A stretch of 64,000 bases of DNA, from positions 4,789 through 68,788 of the forward strand of contig CAZWVK010000001.1 of assembly GCA_964636785.1 (NCBI GenBank), given 5' to 3'. Below, piece after piece: positions 36,365 to 46,267 of the stretch. A program made the translations under genes and the position numbers. The notes under the pieces were generated by a model. It was not told the DNA's origin, made no database searches, and was given only the letters and a program-made list of their open reading frames with translations. How positions within the stretch are numbered: the stretch's first letter is position 1; every line of letters starts with the position of its first letter. The stretch comes from an uncultured Pseudobdellovibrionaceae bacterium. GTDB taxonomy: Bacteria > Bdellovibrionota > Bdellovibrionia > Bdellovibrionales > UBA1609.

Positions 36365-37116
36365 AGAATCGATTTCTCGTTTTTGGCAATTGGAAGCTCA
36401 ATAAGAATCCTCAAGAATCCGAAGAGTTTCTAAAAGTTTTCCAGTCTGAAATCCAGTCCGATGAGGAAGAATCATTTTGTCTATTCCCTTCGGCATTATC
36501 AGCATTTGCGATCAGCGAAGGTTTAAAGAACTCCAAGGTGAGCTGGGGTGGACAGAACATTTTTTATGAAGACTCGGGAGCTTTCACAGGAGAAAATTCA
36601 CCTCAAGTTTTAAAAGATATGGGAGCAAAGTATTGTCTTGTTGGTCACAGTGAACGAAGACAGGTGTTTTTGGAGCCGGAAGAATTTATGGCTAAAAAAG
36701 TAAAGCGTCTTCAGGATTTGGATTTGATCCCGGTTCTTTGTGTTGGAGAAACGTTGGACTCGCGCAAATGGGGACGAACGGAAGAAGTGATCCTAAGACA
36801 GCTTAAAGATGGTCTTTCTCAAGCAGATGTTTTGAAACCTTTTATCATTGCCTATGAGCCTGTGTGGGCGATTGGAACTGGTGAAGTCGCGACAACAGAT
36901 CAGGTGGCGGAAGTTCATGATAAAATTCGTGCTTACCTCACTGAGATCGGTGCCCCTAGCACTTCCATCCTTTACGGCGGCTCTGTAAAGTCCTCAAATG
37001 CGGAGTCTTTGTCTGAGTTAAAAGAAGTGAATGGGTTCTTGGTGGGTGGTGCTTCCCTGGATCCGAAAGAGTTTCTTTCTATTTATAGAAATTCGGCGCA
37101 CACGGTCCCATCTTGA
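36361..37116 (+). CDS. tpiA: triosephosphate isomerase
   Basis: GNWKLN, VGHSERR, AYEPVWAIGTG, YGGSV. ATGA overlap with pgk. Confidence 0.95.
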   Translation: MKNRFLVFGNWKLNKNPQESEEFLKVFQSEIQSDEEESFCLFPSALSAFAISEGLKNSKVSWGGQNIFYEDSGAFTGENSPQVLKDMGAKYCLVGHSERRQVFLEPEEFMAKKVKRLQDLDLIPVLCVGETLDSRKWGRTEEVILRQLKDGLSQADVLKPFIIAYEPVWAIGTGEVATTDQVAEVHDKIRAYLTEIGAPSTSILYGGSVKSSNAESLSELKEVNGFLVGGASLDPKEFLSIYRNSAHTVPS

Positions 37117-37193
37117 GACGAAAAACAATTAGGCGATTTTAAATCCGTAAACAGATGAGTGGCTTTTAAACGGATGTAAAAGTGATTTTCACT

Positions 37194-37209
37194 CGGCCTT
37201 AGGTTTGCA
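37194..37209 (+). promoter_or_regulatory. weak candidate sigma-54 promoter
   Basis: CGGCCT-taggt-TTGCA. GG/GC spacing is correct and the -12 TTGCA is perfect, but the -24 element is degenerate. Lies 32 nt upstream of ATG 37241. Confidence 0.3.
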
Positions 37210-37240
37210 CAAGTTTGAACCTTGAAACCAAGGGGGCAAA

Positions 37241-38029
37241 ATGAGGCTGTTTAACGTTGGATCACTTTTAATTGGTTCCTTTTTCCTTATCACTTTTTTC
37301 CAAAACTGTGGCGGTGTTGATTTTAATTCAGGCTTAGCCAATGCTCAGCTAAGTGAGCCTCTTTCTGACGGAGGGTTGGATGTGAATCTGGGAGATGCTG
37401 AACTCCCTCCTATGATTGAGGACCAAATAAATGAACAAGAAGAGGATCCAGGTCTTGTTCTAGATGAAGTCGAAGTGCCAACTCCTAATAAAGAAGAAGA
37501 TCGAAAAGACTTGGAAGTGGTATTGAATCAAAATGAAGCCTGTCGAGATCACTTTGGAAAGGTTGACCCTGATTTATATCCTTGGAAAGAGAAGCTTCAC
37601 ATCACAGGCCTGCATCCCTCAGGTGTTAAAGTTGCAAATGTAGGTGAGCTTAAAGTCAGTGGATTAGCAAAATCAATTGTAGGTAAGAATATCGATGTAG
37701 CGAGTATCAGCGGAATTTATGGCTCCATCTGTCTTCAGGCTAATCGAATTGATAGGATTGCCGGAATCACTACAGATAGAAGGGCCGATATCGTATTAAT
37801 GGGTCCCCAAAATGATCTCGGTTTCACCGAACTTCTTTCTGGAATCAATAATTCAGATTTGGTACTGATCAATTACGAGGTGAAACTCATTACTGGAATT
37901 GGTCGCAATCTCCATATATTCGGTGGTCGTGTTCATAGACTTATTGGGATTTTTGATGAAATTCACCTTTACGACGGAGCGGTTATCGAAAATTTTCAAG
38001 GAATCAATCGCAAAGTCATTAGACACTGA
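37241..38029 (+). CDS. hypothetical lipoprotein with an acidic linker
   Basis: Signal and lipobox FFQNCGG. Acidic linker EDQINEQEEDPG...KEEDRKD. The C-terminal ~170 aa has a periodic G/I/V pattern. Confidence 0.6.
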   Translation: MRLFNVGSLLIGSFFLITFFQNCGGVDFNSGLANAQLSEPLSDGGLDVNLGDAELPPMIEDQINEQEEDPGLVLDEVEVPTPNKEEDRKDLEVVLNQNEACRDHFGKVDPDLYPWKEKLHITGLHPSGVKVANVGELKVSGLAKSIVGKNIDVASISGIYGSICLQANRIDRIAGITTDRRADIVLMGPQNDLGFTELLSGINNSDLVLINYEVKLITGIGRNLHIFGGRVHRLIGIFDEIHLYDGAVIENFQGINRKVIRH

Positions 38030-38205
38030 GAGATCACTCAACCACTTTGTCTCAGTGTGAAGCGTGGATCGAAAAAGGAAAGCGCTGATTAGACCGACAC
38101 TTGGAGCAGAGCGAAATGAAAAAGTCTTTGTGTAAAAAGTTTGAATATTGAGAAAGCTTAAAAGCTTCGTTATTCTGATCATGGTCTGTGGGCATAGGAG
38201 AAAAA

Positions 38206-38433
38206 GTGAAAAGAGTGGAATCCTTTCGCCGTTGCCACATTTGTAATCAAGTGACTTGTACAACGACTCAATCCGGCCAAAGCTTAGAGCGATGCTTGCA
38301 CTGTAAGAAGGCTTTTGCGCCATTTTTTTACTATAACGATTTCCAAAAACCCATTCCAAGCGAGGGTCTTCTTCGGCCACCACTGATGAAAGACGAATGG
38401 CCCGCCATTCAAGGCTTGACGGCATACTGGTAA
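38206..38433 (+). CDS. small zinc-ribbon protein
   Basis: CHICN-x17-CLHCK (two CxxC pairs). GTG 38206 preceded by AGGAG at 5 nt; the ORF track uses GTG 38188. Confidence 0.45.
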   Translation: MKRVESFRRCHICNQVTCTTTQSGQSLERCLHCKKAFAPFFYYNDFQKPIPSEGLLRPPLMKDEWPAIQGLTAYW

Positions 38434-38450
38434 AGGTCGTCAATTGGGGA

Positions 38451-39671
38451 ATGGCAATTTCCCTAAAAGATATCACCGAAGCGCGCACAAAGATCAAAGA
38501 CGTGGTCATTCACACGCCTTTGAGCTTTTCAAAAAGCACCTCCGATCTCTTGGGCAGCGAAACCTATTTGAAGATGGAAAATCTTCAGCGCACTGGCAGC
38601 TTTAAAATCCGTGGTTCCTTAAACAAAATGCTCTCTCTTTCAAAAGAAGAGATTTCTCGGGGAGTGGTGGCCTCTTCGGCCGGAAACCACGCCCAAGGGG
38701 TTGCGTTTTGCGCGAGCAAAGTGGGCGCAAAATCAACTATTGTTATGCCGGAGACAGCTCCGCTTGTAAAAGTCCTTGCGACAAAAGGTTACGGCGCTCA
38801 AGTGATTCAGAAGGGACGTGTGTATGATGAGAGTTATCAATATGCAAAAGAATTAGAGAAAAAAGAAAACTTCGTTTTTGTTCACCCCTATAACGATCCA
38901 CTCATAATCGCTGGTCAGGGAACGATCGGCATTGAACTCATGGAAGAGATGTCCGATCTCGACTCGGTGGTGATTCCAATTGGCGGTGGAGGTTTGATTT
39001 CCGGAATTTCAACCGCAATGAAAAGCATCAATCCCAAAATTAAAATCTATGGGGTTGTGACTGAAGCCACTCCTGGAATGAAGCAGCTTTTCGAAGGTCG
39101 CGATTTAGAAATTCCTGAAGCACGGCCATCCATTGCAGATGGAATCTCTGTGAAGAACCCAACGGAAGCTATTTTAAACGATTATATTAAAAAATACGTC
39201 GATGATATTGCCGAAGTTTCGGACAATGAGATTGCGGAAGCGATTGTATTTTTCCTTGAACGCGCCAAAACAGTGGTTGAGGGATCTGGTGCGGCTGTTT
39301 TGGCTGCGGCTTATAAATCAAATTGGAATCTGGGAAAGAAAACCTGTCTACTCTTGAGCGGTGGTAATATTGATTTGAATATTATTTCGAAAGTTATTGA
39401 ACGTGGTCTTATGCAAAAGGGCCGTCTGGCGCGCCTAGAGACCATTGTTGCGGACCGTCCCGGAACGCTCAATCGCTTAACAGAAATTATTGCGAGTCAT
39501 GGAGCGAATATTATCGAAGTGAGTCATGATCGAGTGCGTTCAGGGCTTGCTTTGAGTGAAACAGTCATTACATTTTTAATTGAAACGAAGAGCGATGATC
39601 ACTGTACAGAGATCACCCAAGCAATGAGAAACGCTGGCGTTCGAAGAGTGATTCTCAATGGAGGCAGTTAA
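38451..39671 (+). CDS. ilvA: threonine ammonia-lyase (threonine dehydratase) with a C-terminal ACT-like domain
   Basis: PLP-lysine motif ENLQRTGSFKIRG, SAGNHAQG, GGGGLISG. ATG 38451 preferred to the 54-nt longer track start. Confidence 0.88.
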   Translation: MAISLKDITEARTKIKDVVIHTPLSFSKSTSDLLGSETYLKMENLQRTGSFKIRGSLNKMLSLSKEEISRGVVASSAGNHAQGVAFCASKVGAKSTIVMPETAPLVKVLATKGYGAQVIQKGRVYDESYQYAKELEKKENFVFVHPYNDPLIIAGQGTIGIELMEEMSDLDSVVIPIGGGGLISGISTAMKSINPKIKIYGVVTEATPGMKQLFEGRDLEIPEARPSIADGISVKNPTEAILNDYIKKYVDDIAEVSDNEIAEAIVFFLERAKTVVEGSGAAVLAAAYKSNWNLGKKTCLLLSGGNIDLNIISKVIERGLMQKGRLARLETIVADRPGTLNRLTEIIASHGANIIEVSHDRVRSGLALSETVITFLIETKSDDHCTEITQAMRNAGVRRVILNGGS

Positions 39672-39674
39672 GGA

Positions 39675-40781
39675 ATGAAAGTATCCCCGGAAATTTTATC
39701 TTTGGTTCCATATTCACCAGGAAAACCGATTTCAGAAACCAAACGTGAATTCGGACTCAGCGAGGTCATTAAGTTGGCAAGCAACGAATGTCCAATTGGT
39801 CCGAGCGAAAAAATCATGGCAGCCATGACAGAAGCGCTCAAAGAGGTGAACAGATATCCGGATGGAGCAGCTTTTGAATTGAAGGCAGCTGTGAGTAAAT
39901 ATTTAGAAGTTCGAGGTGAGAATCTTGTTTTTGGAAATGGATCCAACGAACTCATTGATTTGCTGATTCGGGTTTTCTGTCGACCTGGTGATGCGATTAT
40001 GACATCTGAGTTTTCATTTATTGCTTATAAAATATCAGCGCAGGCAGCGAGTGTGGAGTGCATTGAGGTGCCGACTAAAGGTGACCTTCAGTTTGACCTC
40101 GGTGGGATGGCTGAGCTTTTAAAAACCACAGATAAAATTCGTCTCGTGTTTTTGCCTAATCCCAACAATCCAACGGGCTCCTATTTCACGATGGCCGAGT
40201 TCAACGAATTTATGGAAGTGGCTTCAAAGAAAGAAATTCTCGTCGTCTTGGATGAAGCTTATCGAGAGTTTGTGCGTGCAAGTGATTATCCCGATGGTTT
40301 GAATCAACTTCGAACCTTTAAAAACGTCGTGGTTCTGCGAACGATGAGTAAGGTTTTCGGTCTTGCGGGCCTGCGTGTGGGTGCGTTGGTTGCCCCTTCA
40401 GAAGTGGTCGACTTGATCCATCGCGTGCGAAATCCTTTTAATGTGAACTCGATTGCGCAAGCTGGAGTGATTGCAGCACTTAGTGATACGGAGCACTTAA
40501 AACGCGTGCAAATCATCACCTGGGCAGGGCTCGAGCAAATTGAGTCTTACCTCAAGCGCCAGGGCTTAAAATATTTGCCTAGTCAGGCCAACTTTGTTCT
40601 TTTTGATACTGGTCGTGATGCCAATTCCGTATTCCAAGATCTTTTGAAAAAGGGAGTTATTTTGCGGCCGGTTGGAAACTACGGCCTTCCCACCTATTTG
40701 AGATGGAGTGTGGGTCTTCATGATGAGAATGAAACAGCGATGAAAGCACTAACAGAAGTTTTGAGCAATGGACCCAATTGA
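39675..40781 (+). CDS. hisC: histidinol-phosphate aminotransferase
   Basis: Class-II aminotransferase. PNPNNPTG, DEAY, and PLP-Lys motif TMSKVFGLAGLRVG. Confidence 0.88.
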   Translation: MKVSPEILSLVPYSPGKPISETKREFGLSEVIKLASNECPIGPSEKIMAAMTEALKEVNRYPDGAAFELKAAVSKYLEVRGENLVFGNGSNELIDLLIRVFCRPGDAIMTSEFSFIAYKISAQAASVECIEVPTKGDLQFDLGGMAELLKTTDKIRLVFLPNPNNPTGSYFTMAEFNEFMEVASKKEILVVLDEAYREFVRASDYPDGLNQLRTFKNVVVLRTMSKVFGLAGLRVGALVAPSEVVDLIHRVRNPFNVNSIAQAGVIAALSDTEHLKRVQIITWAGLEQIESYLKRQGLKYLPSQANFVLFDTGRDANSVFQDLLKKGVILRPVGNYGLPTYLRWSVGLHDENETAMKALTEVLSNGPN

Positions 40782-41454
40782 GAGCCCTGTTGTAACTATT
40801 GATGGCCCGAGTGCTTCGGGAAAATCTTCGGTCAGCCGGGATTTGGCGCAAAAGTTGGGATGGAAATGGGTTTCAACGGGTGCCTTCTATCGCGGCCTCG
40901 CCTATGTGGCTGGTGTGAATGGAATCAGCGCTAAGGATGAAGAAGCTCTTGCAGATCTGGCGCAATCTGGAGAATGGCGCGTGGAGCTGGGTGATGAGCG
41001 CACCCAGGTTTTTCATAAAAATAGAGACGTCACCCACGAAATTTTTTCTGAAGCCGTGGGTGAAAAAGCCAGTGAAATCAGTCGCCTAACTAAAGTTCGT
41101 AAAGCGCTCCTGGATTCTCAGCGCTCGCTCCCGAAGTTCTTCAGGGGGCTTGTGGCCGAGGGGCGCGACTGTGGATCTGTTGTGTTTCCGAAAGCCATCC
41201 TCAAAGTCTATTTAACGGCGAATCAGGAGCTCAGAGCCCTTAGACGGGCTAAAGAGCAGGGTCTAGATGTGGAATCCACTCAAGCCTCGCAAACTGAGCG
41301 CGATCTTCAGGACAGCTCAAGAAAGGCCGCGCCTCTGGTGATTCCAGAAGGCGCACGGGTGCTCGATACCACGAATATGAGTCTAGATGAGGTCGTAAGC
41401 CTTGTTCACAAATGGACGATTACAGCTCTGGAAAACGAGCCAAAATCCTTTTGA
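40768..41454 (+). CDS. cmk: cytidylate kinase
   Basis: ITIDGPSASGKSS, GRDCGSVVFP. Conserved cmk-rpsA order. Confidence 0.92.
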   Translation: MDPIESPVVTIDGPSASGKSSVSRDLAQKLGWKWVSTGAFYRGLAYVAGVNGISAKDEEALADLAQSGEWRVELGDERTQVFHKNRDVTHEIFSEAVGEKASEISRLTKVRKALLDSQRSLPKFFRGLVAEGRDCGSVVFPKAILKVYLTANQELRALRRAKEQGLDVESTQASQTERDLQDSSRKAAPLVIPEGARVLDTTNMSLDEVVSLVHKWTITALENEPKSF

Positions 41455-41602
41455 CTTTGAGCATCTAAGCTCTATAAACAAATGATTCGCGTTTTTATAT
41501 CAGAGTCGGAAATTTTATAAACAATAGGATTCTAAGCCGGGCTTCATCTAGCTCTGAGAAACGCGGGCCCACAACACGCTTTTAATCCAAGAGGAGGTTA
41601 TA

Positions 41603-43432
41603 TTGAACAAAACGGCTACCGGCAGCGATAAAGGAAAATCGAAAGCTCAGATTGAGAGGGAAAAGGTCCTTGCTCAGTTGGACGCTGCTGATAATGAAGT
41701 TCCCCAAAATCCTGGGATCTTCAGCAAATCAACTTACAAAAACGGTGAATCATTCGCTGATCTATTTGAAAAATCTTTGGACGAAAGAGATTTCAAAGTG
41801 GGCGACATTGTCACTGGTAAAGTGGTTGAAGTTCAAGAAGACTACGTCTTGGTGGATATCAATTACAAAAGTGAAGGTTTGATTCCAATTTCTGAATTCC
41901 GAGTTGTGGATGGTCAAAGAGACATTCAATTGGGATCAGAAGTTGAAGTTTATATCGATCGTATCGAGAACGAAAACGGAATGGTTGTTCTTTCCAAAGA
42001 CAAAGCCGATATGGCGCGTGCTTGGACAGACATTTCTCGTGCAGCTGAAAGCCAAGAGGTGATTGAAGGTACAGTCATCGCAAAGGTTAAGGGCGGCTTG
42101 AGCGTTGATATTGGTGTGAAGGCGTTCTTACCAGGAAGCCAGATCGATCTTCGCCCTGTTCGAAACATCGATTCTTACATCGGTAAGACTTATAAGTTCA
42201 AAGTCATTAAGTTTAACAAAAAACGTGGAAACATTGTTCTTTCTCGTCGTGCTCTTCTTGAAGAAGAGAGAGAGTCGCTTCGCAACCAAACTTTGGATGC
42301 GATGAGAGAAGGTTCTCGCGTAAAAGGTATTGTTAAGAACGTCACTGATTATGGTGCGTTTATTGATCTTGGTGGGATGGACGGACTTCTTCATATCACG
42401 GATATGAGCTGGGGCCGTGTAAAGCACCCATCTGAGATCTTGAACGTCGGCGATGAAATCGAAGTTGTTGTTCTTAAGTTTGATAACGAAAAAGAGCGCG
42501 TCAGCCTTGGCATGAAACAGCTTCACGAAGATCCATGGGAAACAGTTGTTAAAAACTTCCCTGTGGGACTTAAAACTCGCGGTAAGATCGTTAGCCTTGC
42601 GGACTACGGTGCTTTTGTTGAGCTTTCGGATGGCGTTGAAGGTTTGATCCACGTCTCAGAAATGAGCTGGACTAAGCGAGTGAAGCATCCATCACAAGTT
42701 GTGAAGGTGGATGATGAAGTGGATGTTCAGGTTCTAGAAGTAGACACTGAAAACCGCAGAATCAGCCTCGGTATGAAGCAGCTTGAAGCCAACCCTTGGG
42801 TTGAGATGAAAGAAACTTATCAGCCAGGAACAATCATTGAAGGTGAAGTGAAATCCATCACGGACTTCGGTGTATTTATTGGAATTGATGAGGGTATTGA
42901 TGGAATGGTTCATATCTCTGACTTCTCTTGGACTAAGAGAATCAACCACCCATCTGAGATGTTCCAAAAAGGTGATAAGGTTCGCGCAGTTATTCTTGGT
43001 GTTGATATCGAGAATGAAAGAGTTAGCCTTGGTATCAAGCAATTGGAAGCAGACCCATGGGCCAACATCGAAGAGAAATACAAAATTGGTTCTCAGTACG
43101 ATGTGAAGGTCACTAAGACGACGGACTTTGGAGTGTTTGTTGAACTTGAAAGCGACATTGAGGGATTGATTCATATCTCTGAATTGTCTGTTAAGCGCAT
43201 CGACAATCCAGAAGAAGTTGTTAAAGTGGGCGACAGCATCCGTGCTGAAGTGATCACGATTGACCAGGATTCTCGTAAGATTGGCTTGTCTGCAAAGCTT
43301 GTGAAACTTCGTGAGCAAAAAGCGGATGTGGAAGATTACGTGAAAAAAGCCACAGCGACTTCCAAGACAAGCCTTGGAGATCTCTTTGGTGATGAGTTCA
43401 AAAAAGCAACTCGAGAGCCATCTGAGTCTTGA
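41603..43432 (+). CDS. rpsA: 30S ribosomal protein S1 (six S1 domains)
   Basis: Repeated S1 motifs (G.V..V...GAFV.L..G.EGL.H.SE.S). TTG start with GAGGAGG 6 nt upstream. Confidence 0.95.
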   Translation: MNKTATGSDKGKSKAQIEREKVLAQLDAADNEVPQNPGIFSKSTYKNGESFADLFEKSLDERDFKVGDIVTGKVVEVQEDYVLVDINYKSEGLIPISEFRVVDGQRDIQLGSEVEVYIDRIENENGMVVLSKDKADMARAWTDISRAAESQEVIEGTVIAKVKGGLSVDIGVKAFLPGSQIDLRPVRNIDSYIGKTYKFKVIKFNKKRGNIVLSRRALLEEERESLRNQTLDAMREGSRVKGIVKNVTDYGAFIDLGGMDGLLHITDMSWGRVKHPSEILNVGDEIEVVVLKFDNEKERVSLGMKQLHEDPWETVVKNFPVGLKTRGKIVSLADYGAFVELSDGVEGLIHVSEMSWTKRVKHPSQVVKVDDEVDVQVLEVDTENRRISLGMKQLEANPWVEMKETYQPGTIIEGEVKSITDFGVFIGIDEGIDGMVHISDFSWTKRINHPSEMFQKGDKVRAVILGVDIENERVSLGIKQLEADPWANIEEKYKIGSQYDVKVTKTTDFGVFVELESDIEGLIHISELSVKRIDNPEEVVKVGDSIRAEVITIDQDSRKIGLSAKLVKLREQKADVEDYVKKATATSKTSLGDLFGDEFKKATREPSES

Positions 43433-43473
43433 GTGTTGAGTTGAACTTTGAAAATCTAGCTTTATAATTAAAA

Positions 43474-43497
43474 GGCCCGAGAGATCGGGCCTTTTTT
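43474..43497 (+). terminator. Rho-independent terminator of rpsA
   Basis: GGCCCGA-gaga-TCGGGCC followed by TTTTTT. Confidence 0.85.
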
Positions 43498-43505
43498 CGT
43501 GGGAA

Positions 43506-43557
43506 GGTACGCCGTACTTTTTCCGCGAATATAACCGCGGAAAAAGTACGGCGTACC
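43506..43557. repeat. perfect 22-bp-stem palindrome (8-nt loop) between the rpsA terminator and sppA
   Basis: ggtacgccgtactttttccgcg-aatataac-cgcggaaaaagtacggcgtacc. All 22 pairs checked by hand. Confidence 0.9.
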
Positions 43558-43572
43558 CTTCAAGGAGATCAG

Positions 43573-44511
43573 ATGCTCAAAAAGATCATTCAAACGCTAA
43601 CCGCTCTTATTCTTATCTTTATTCTAGGTGGAGTGATTATGGCCATTGGTGGGCTAATGGCCACGTTCACCACTCAAGAGAGCTCCATCCGCGAGCCATC
43701 AATTCTCGCACTTGAGCTCGATGGTGTGATTATGGATGGCAAAGAGTTTATTGAGAATCTATCCAAATTCAGAAAGCGAAATGAGATCAAAGCCATTCTT
43801 ATAACGTTGAATTCGCCAGGTGGAGTCGTTGGACCCAGTCAGGAGATTTACCGTGAAATTCAGCGCACCAGCCAAGAGTTTAAAAAGCCAGTTTATGTTT
43901 ACTGTCGAGCCCTCGCTGCAAGTGGTGCCTATTACGCCGCTGTAGGGGCGGACCGAATTTACACCACTCCTGGATGCTTTATGGGATCGATTGGAGTGCT
44001 TATGCAGTTTGTGAATATGGAAAAGCTTTATGACTGGGCGAAGGTGGAAAGATATGCGCTAACAACCGGAGCGTTTAAAGACACTGGTGCTGAGTACCGC
44101 GCCATGAAACCCAGTGAAAAAGAGTACCTTCAAAATCAACTTGAGGAAGTGCTTGCGCAGTTTAAAAAGGCCGTTCTTGAAGGACGAAAAATCCCTCAAC
44201 ATGTTCTTGATGAAAATGCAGACGGACGAGTTTTCAGTGGTGCAAAAGCTGTTGAGCTTGGGTTTGCGGATGAAATCGGAACTTGGGAAGATGCCAGAAA
44301 AGCTTTGGGTGAGTTGGTTGGACTTGGATCGGATCCTAAAACTTATCGCCCGCGAAAGCCCAAAACCCTTATGGAAATCCTAACAGAAGGTGATCAGTCT
44401 TTTCCATTCGAATCGAAGGTTTTGGAATCTTCCGTGAAAGAGCTTTTTCAAACACAGCTCAAAGGGCAGCCTCTATTTATTTTTCCAGGCTATTTGGGGC
44501 TTCATAAATGA
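43573..44511 (+). CDS. sppA: signal peptide peptidase SppA (36K type)
   Basis: N-terminal TM, LNSPGGVV, catalytic-Ser region ALAASGAYYAA. Confidence 0.88.
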   Translation: MLKKIIQTLTALILIFILGGVIMAIGGLMATFTTQESSIREPSILALELDGVIMDGKEFIENLSKFRKRNEIKAILITLNSPGGVVGPSQEIYREIQRTSQEFKKPVYVYCRALAASGAYYAAVGADRIYTTPGCFMGSIGVLMQFVNMEKLYDWAKVERYALTTGAFKDTGAEYRAMKPSEKEYLQNQLEEVLAQFKKAVLEGRKIPQHVLDENADGRVFSGAKAVELGFADEIGTWEDARKALGELVGLGSDPKTYRPRKPKTLMEILTEGDQSFPFESKVLESSVKELFQTQLKGQPLFIFPGYLGLHK

Positions 44512-45074
44512 CAAAGTCAAAGCGGGCTCTCAATCCAGAAAAAGTTCTTAAAGATGTTTGGCCGCTTGAACATGATTTTTTTGAAAGGCCGGATCGCCTT
44601 CAGTATGTTCGAAAGATCTTTAAACCAAAAGCATGTGTGTTTTGTGCGGTAGAGAAAAAGAAAATCTCTTTTGAAAGTCTATGCCTGGCTAAATCAGAAC
44701 ATGCCATGGTGGTCCTCAATAAGTATCCATACAACACTGGACATCTTTTAATTTTACCACGTCGTCATATCGCGAATATCTGGGATTTGACTCAAGAGGA
44801 ACTTTTCGAAATCACGCTCTGGACTCAAAAGTCCATGAAGATCTTGGATGAGGTTTATAAATGCAAAGGAATGAATATGGGAATGAATCACGGTGCTGTG
44901 GCTGGCGCTGGAATCCCTGAGCACATTCATTGGCATGTGATCCCTAGGTGGGTGGGAGATACGAACTTCTTTCCGCTGATTGCAAAAACCAAAGCGCTTC
45001 CTGAAACCGTGAAGCAATCTTATGCACGTTTGAAAAAGGCTTTCCAAAAGGAGATGAAGAGTTGGAACACGTAA
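44508..45074 (+). CDS. HIT-family nucleotide hydrolase/transferase
   Basis: Histidine triad PEHIHWHVIPR. CxxC near the N-terminus (CVFCA). Confidence 0.85.
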   Translation: MTKSKRALNPEKVLKDVWPLEHDFFERPDRLQYVRKIFKPKACVFCAVEKKKISFESLCLAKSEHAMVVLNKYPYNTGHLLILPRRHIANIWDLTQEELFEITLWTQKSMKILDEVYKCKGMNMGMNHGAVAGAGIPEHIHWHVIPRWVGDTNFFPLIAKTKALPETVKQSYARLKKAFQKEMKSWNT

Positions 45075-45487
45075 TGGGTGATATTCCATTTGCAATGGAT
45101 CATATTGGTGTGGCTGTGAAGAGTTTGGAGAGTGGCTTTAAATTCTATCAAGCTCTTGGATTTGATAAAATGGAAATAGAAGAGGTGCCATCTGAAAAGG
45201 TAAAAGTTGGATTTCTACCTTTAAAGAATGGCTGCGATATTGAACTTTTGGAGCCACTTTCTGAAGACTCACCTGTTGCTAAATTTATCACTAAGCGGGG
45301 AGAGGGAATACATCATATTTGCCTTCGTGTTGAGGGGATTGGTGAGGTTTTAAAACGGCTTAAGTCCAAAGGTGTTCAATTGATTAATGACGAACCCAAG
45401 CTTGGAGCGCATAATTGCCTTGTGGCATTCGTTCATCCCAAATCAACGGGTGGTGTTTTATTGGAGCTCAGTGAGAAGCAGAGCTAA
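45074..45487 (+). CDS. mce: methylmalonyl-CoA epimerase (VOC/glyoxalase fold)
   Basis: MDHIGVAV..., GEGIHHICLRV, FVHPKSTGGVLLEL. TAATG overlap with the HIT gene. Confidence 0.8.
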   Translation: MGDIPFAMDHIGVAVKSLESGFKFYQALGFDKMEIEEVPSEKVKVGFLPLKNGCDIELLEPLSEDSPVAKFITKRGEGIHHICLRVEGIGEVLKRLKSKGVQLINDEPKLGAHNCLVAFVHPKSTGGVLLELSEKQS

Positions 45488-45508
45488 CTCGGACTTGAAG
45501 GAGTTAAA

Positions 45509-46267
45509 ATGAACTACATGCAACCAACTGTGGCCCCATTTACCAAGACTGTTAAAGCATTGGTGATTGCTAATGTGGCAATTTGGGTTGTGGGAGTTCT
45601 TATCCTTCAATCGATTTTCTTTAAATCCAATGTTCTATTTCAAACTTTTGGTCTTGTGCCGGATAAGTTTTTATTTAGCTTTTGGTTTTGGCAGCCATTC
45701 ACTTATATGTTTCTCCACTCCCAATCGGTTTTCCATGTTCTCTTCAATATGCTGATTCTGTGGTGGTTTGGTTCTGAGCTAGAGTTGAAGTGGGGAAGTA
45801 AATTCTTTTTAACTTATTACCTGGTGTGTGGTGTTGGGGCGGCACTGATTTATTTGCTCTTTGTATTTGCATATTCATTGATTACGGCTGATCCCCTTCC
45901 ACTCTTAGCTCCGGTTGTGGGTGCCAGTGGAGCTGCTTTTGGACTGCTTTTGGCTTACGGCATTTTATTTGGTGAGCGAGTTATTTATTTCATGATGATG
46001 TTTCCAATGAAGGCCAAATACTTTGTGCTTATCATTGGTCTTGTTGAGCTGGTCACACTTTTAGATTCTGGTTTTTCAAGTGGAGTTGCAAACCTAGCTC
46101 ACTTAGGTGGTCTTCTTTCCGGTTATTTGGCGCTCAAGTATTGGACCACTTGGCGATTTAAACCTTTAAAGAAGAAAGCCACTGACGCCGCCAAACGCCG
46201 CCTCAAACTCGTCGTTGATAACGAGCGCGATCTCGACCGCAAAAACGGCCCCAAGTATTGGAACTAA
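45509..46267 (+). CDS. rhomboid-family intramembrane serine protease
   Basis: HxxxN (HVLFNM), catalytic GASGAAFGLL, and a distal AHLGG histidine. Confidence 0.88.
   Translation: MNYMQPTVAPFTKTVKALVIANVAIWVVGVLILQSIFFKSNVLFQTFGLVPDKFLFSFWFWQPFTYMFLHSQSVFHVLFNMLILWWFGSELELKWGSKFFLTYYLVCGVGAALIYLLFVFAYSLITADPLPLLAPVVGASGAAFGLLLAYGILFGERVIYFMMMFPMKAKYFVLIIGLVELVTLLDSGFSSGVANLAHLGGLLSGYLALKYWTTWRFKPLKKKATDAAKRRLKLVVDNERDLDRKNGPKYWN

Noticed and set aside
37853-38509. 218-aa minus-strand ORF spanning the gap between the 37241 gene and ilvA
   Set aside because: The product is Ser/Phe/Leu-rich and low in complexity. It overlaps the 3' end of one gene and the 5' end of another. The plus-strand zinc-ribbon ORF with an RBS explains the gap better.
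42128-43318. Long antisense ORFs (174 and 194 aa) opposite rpsA
   Set aside because: rpsA is unambiguous, with six S1 domains. The antisense frames lack starts with an RBS and have no motifs. This is a typical stop-poor antisense frame.
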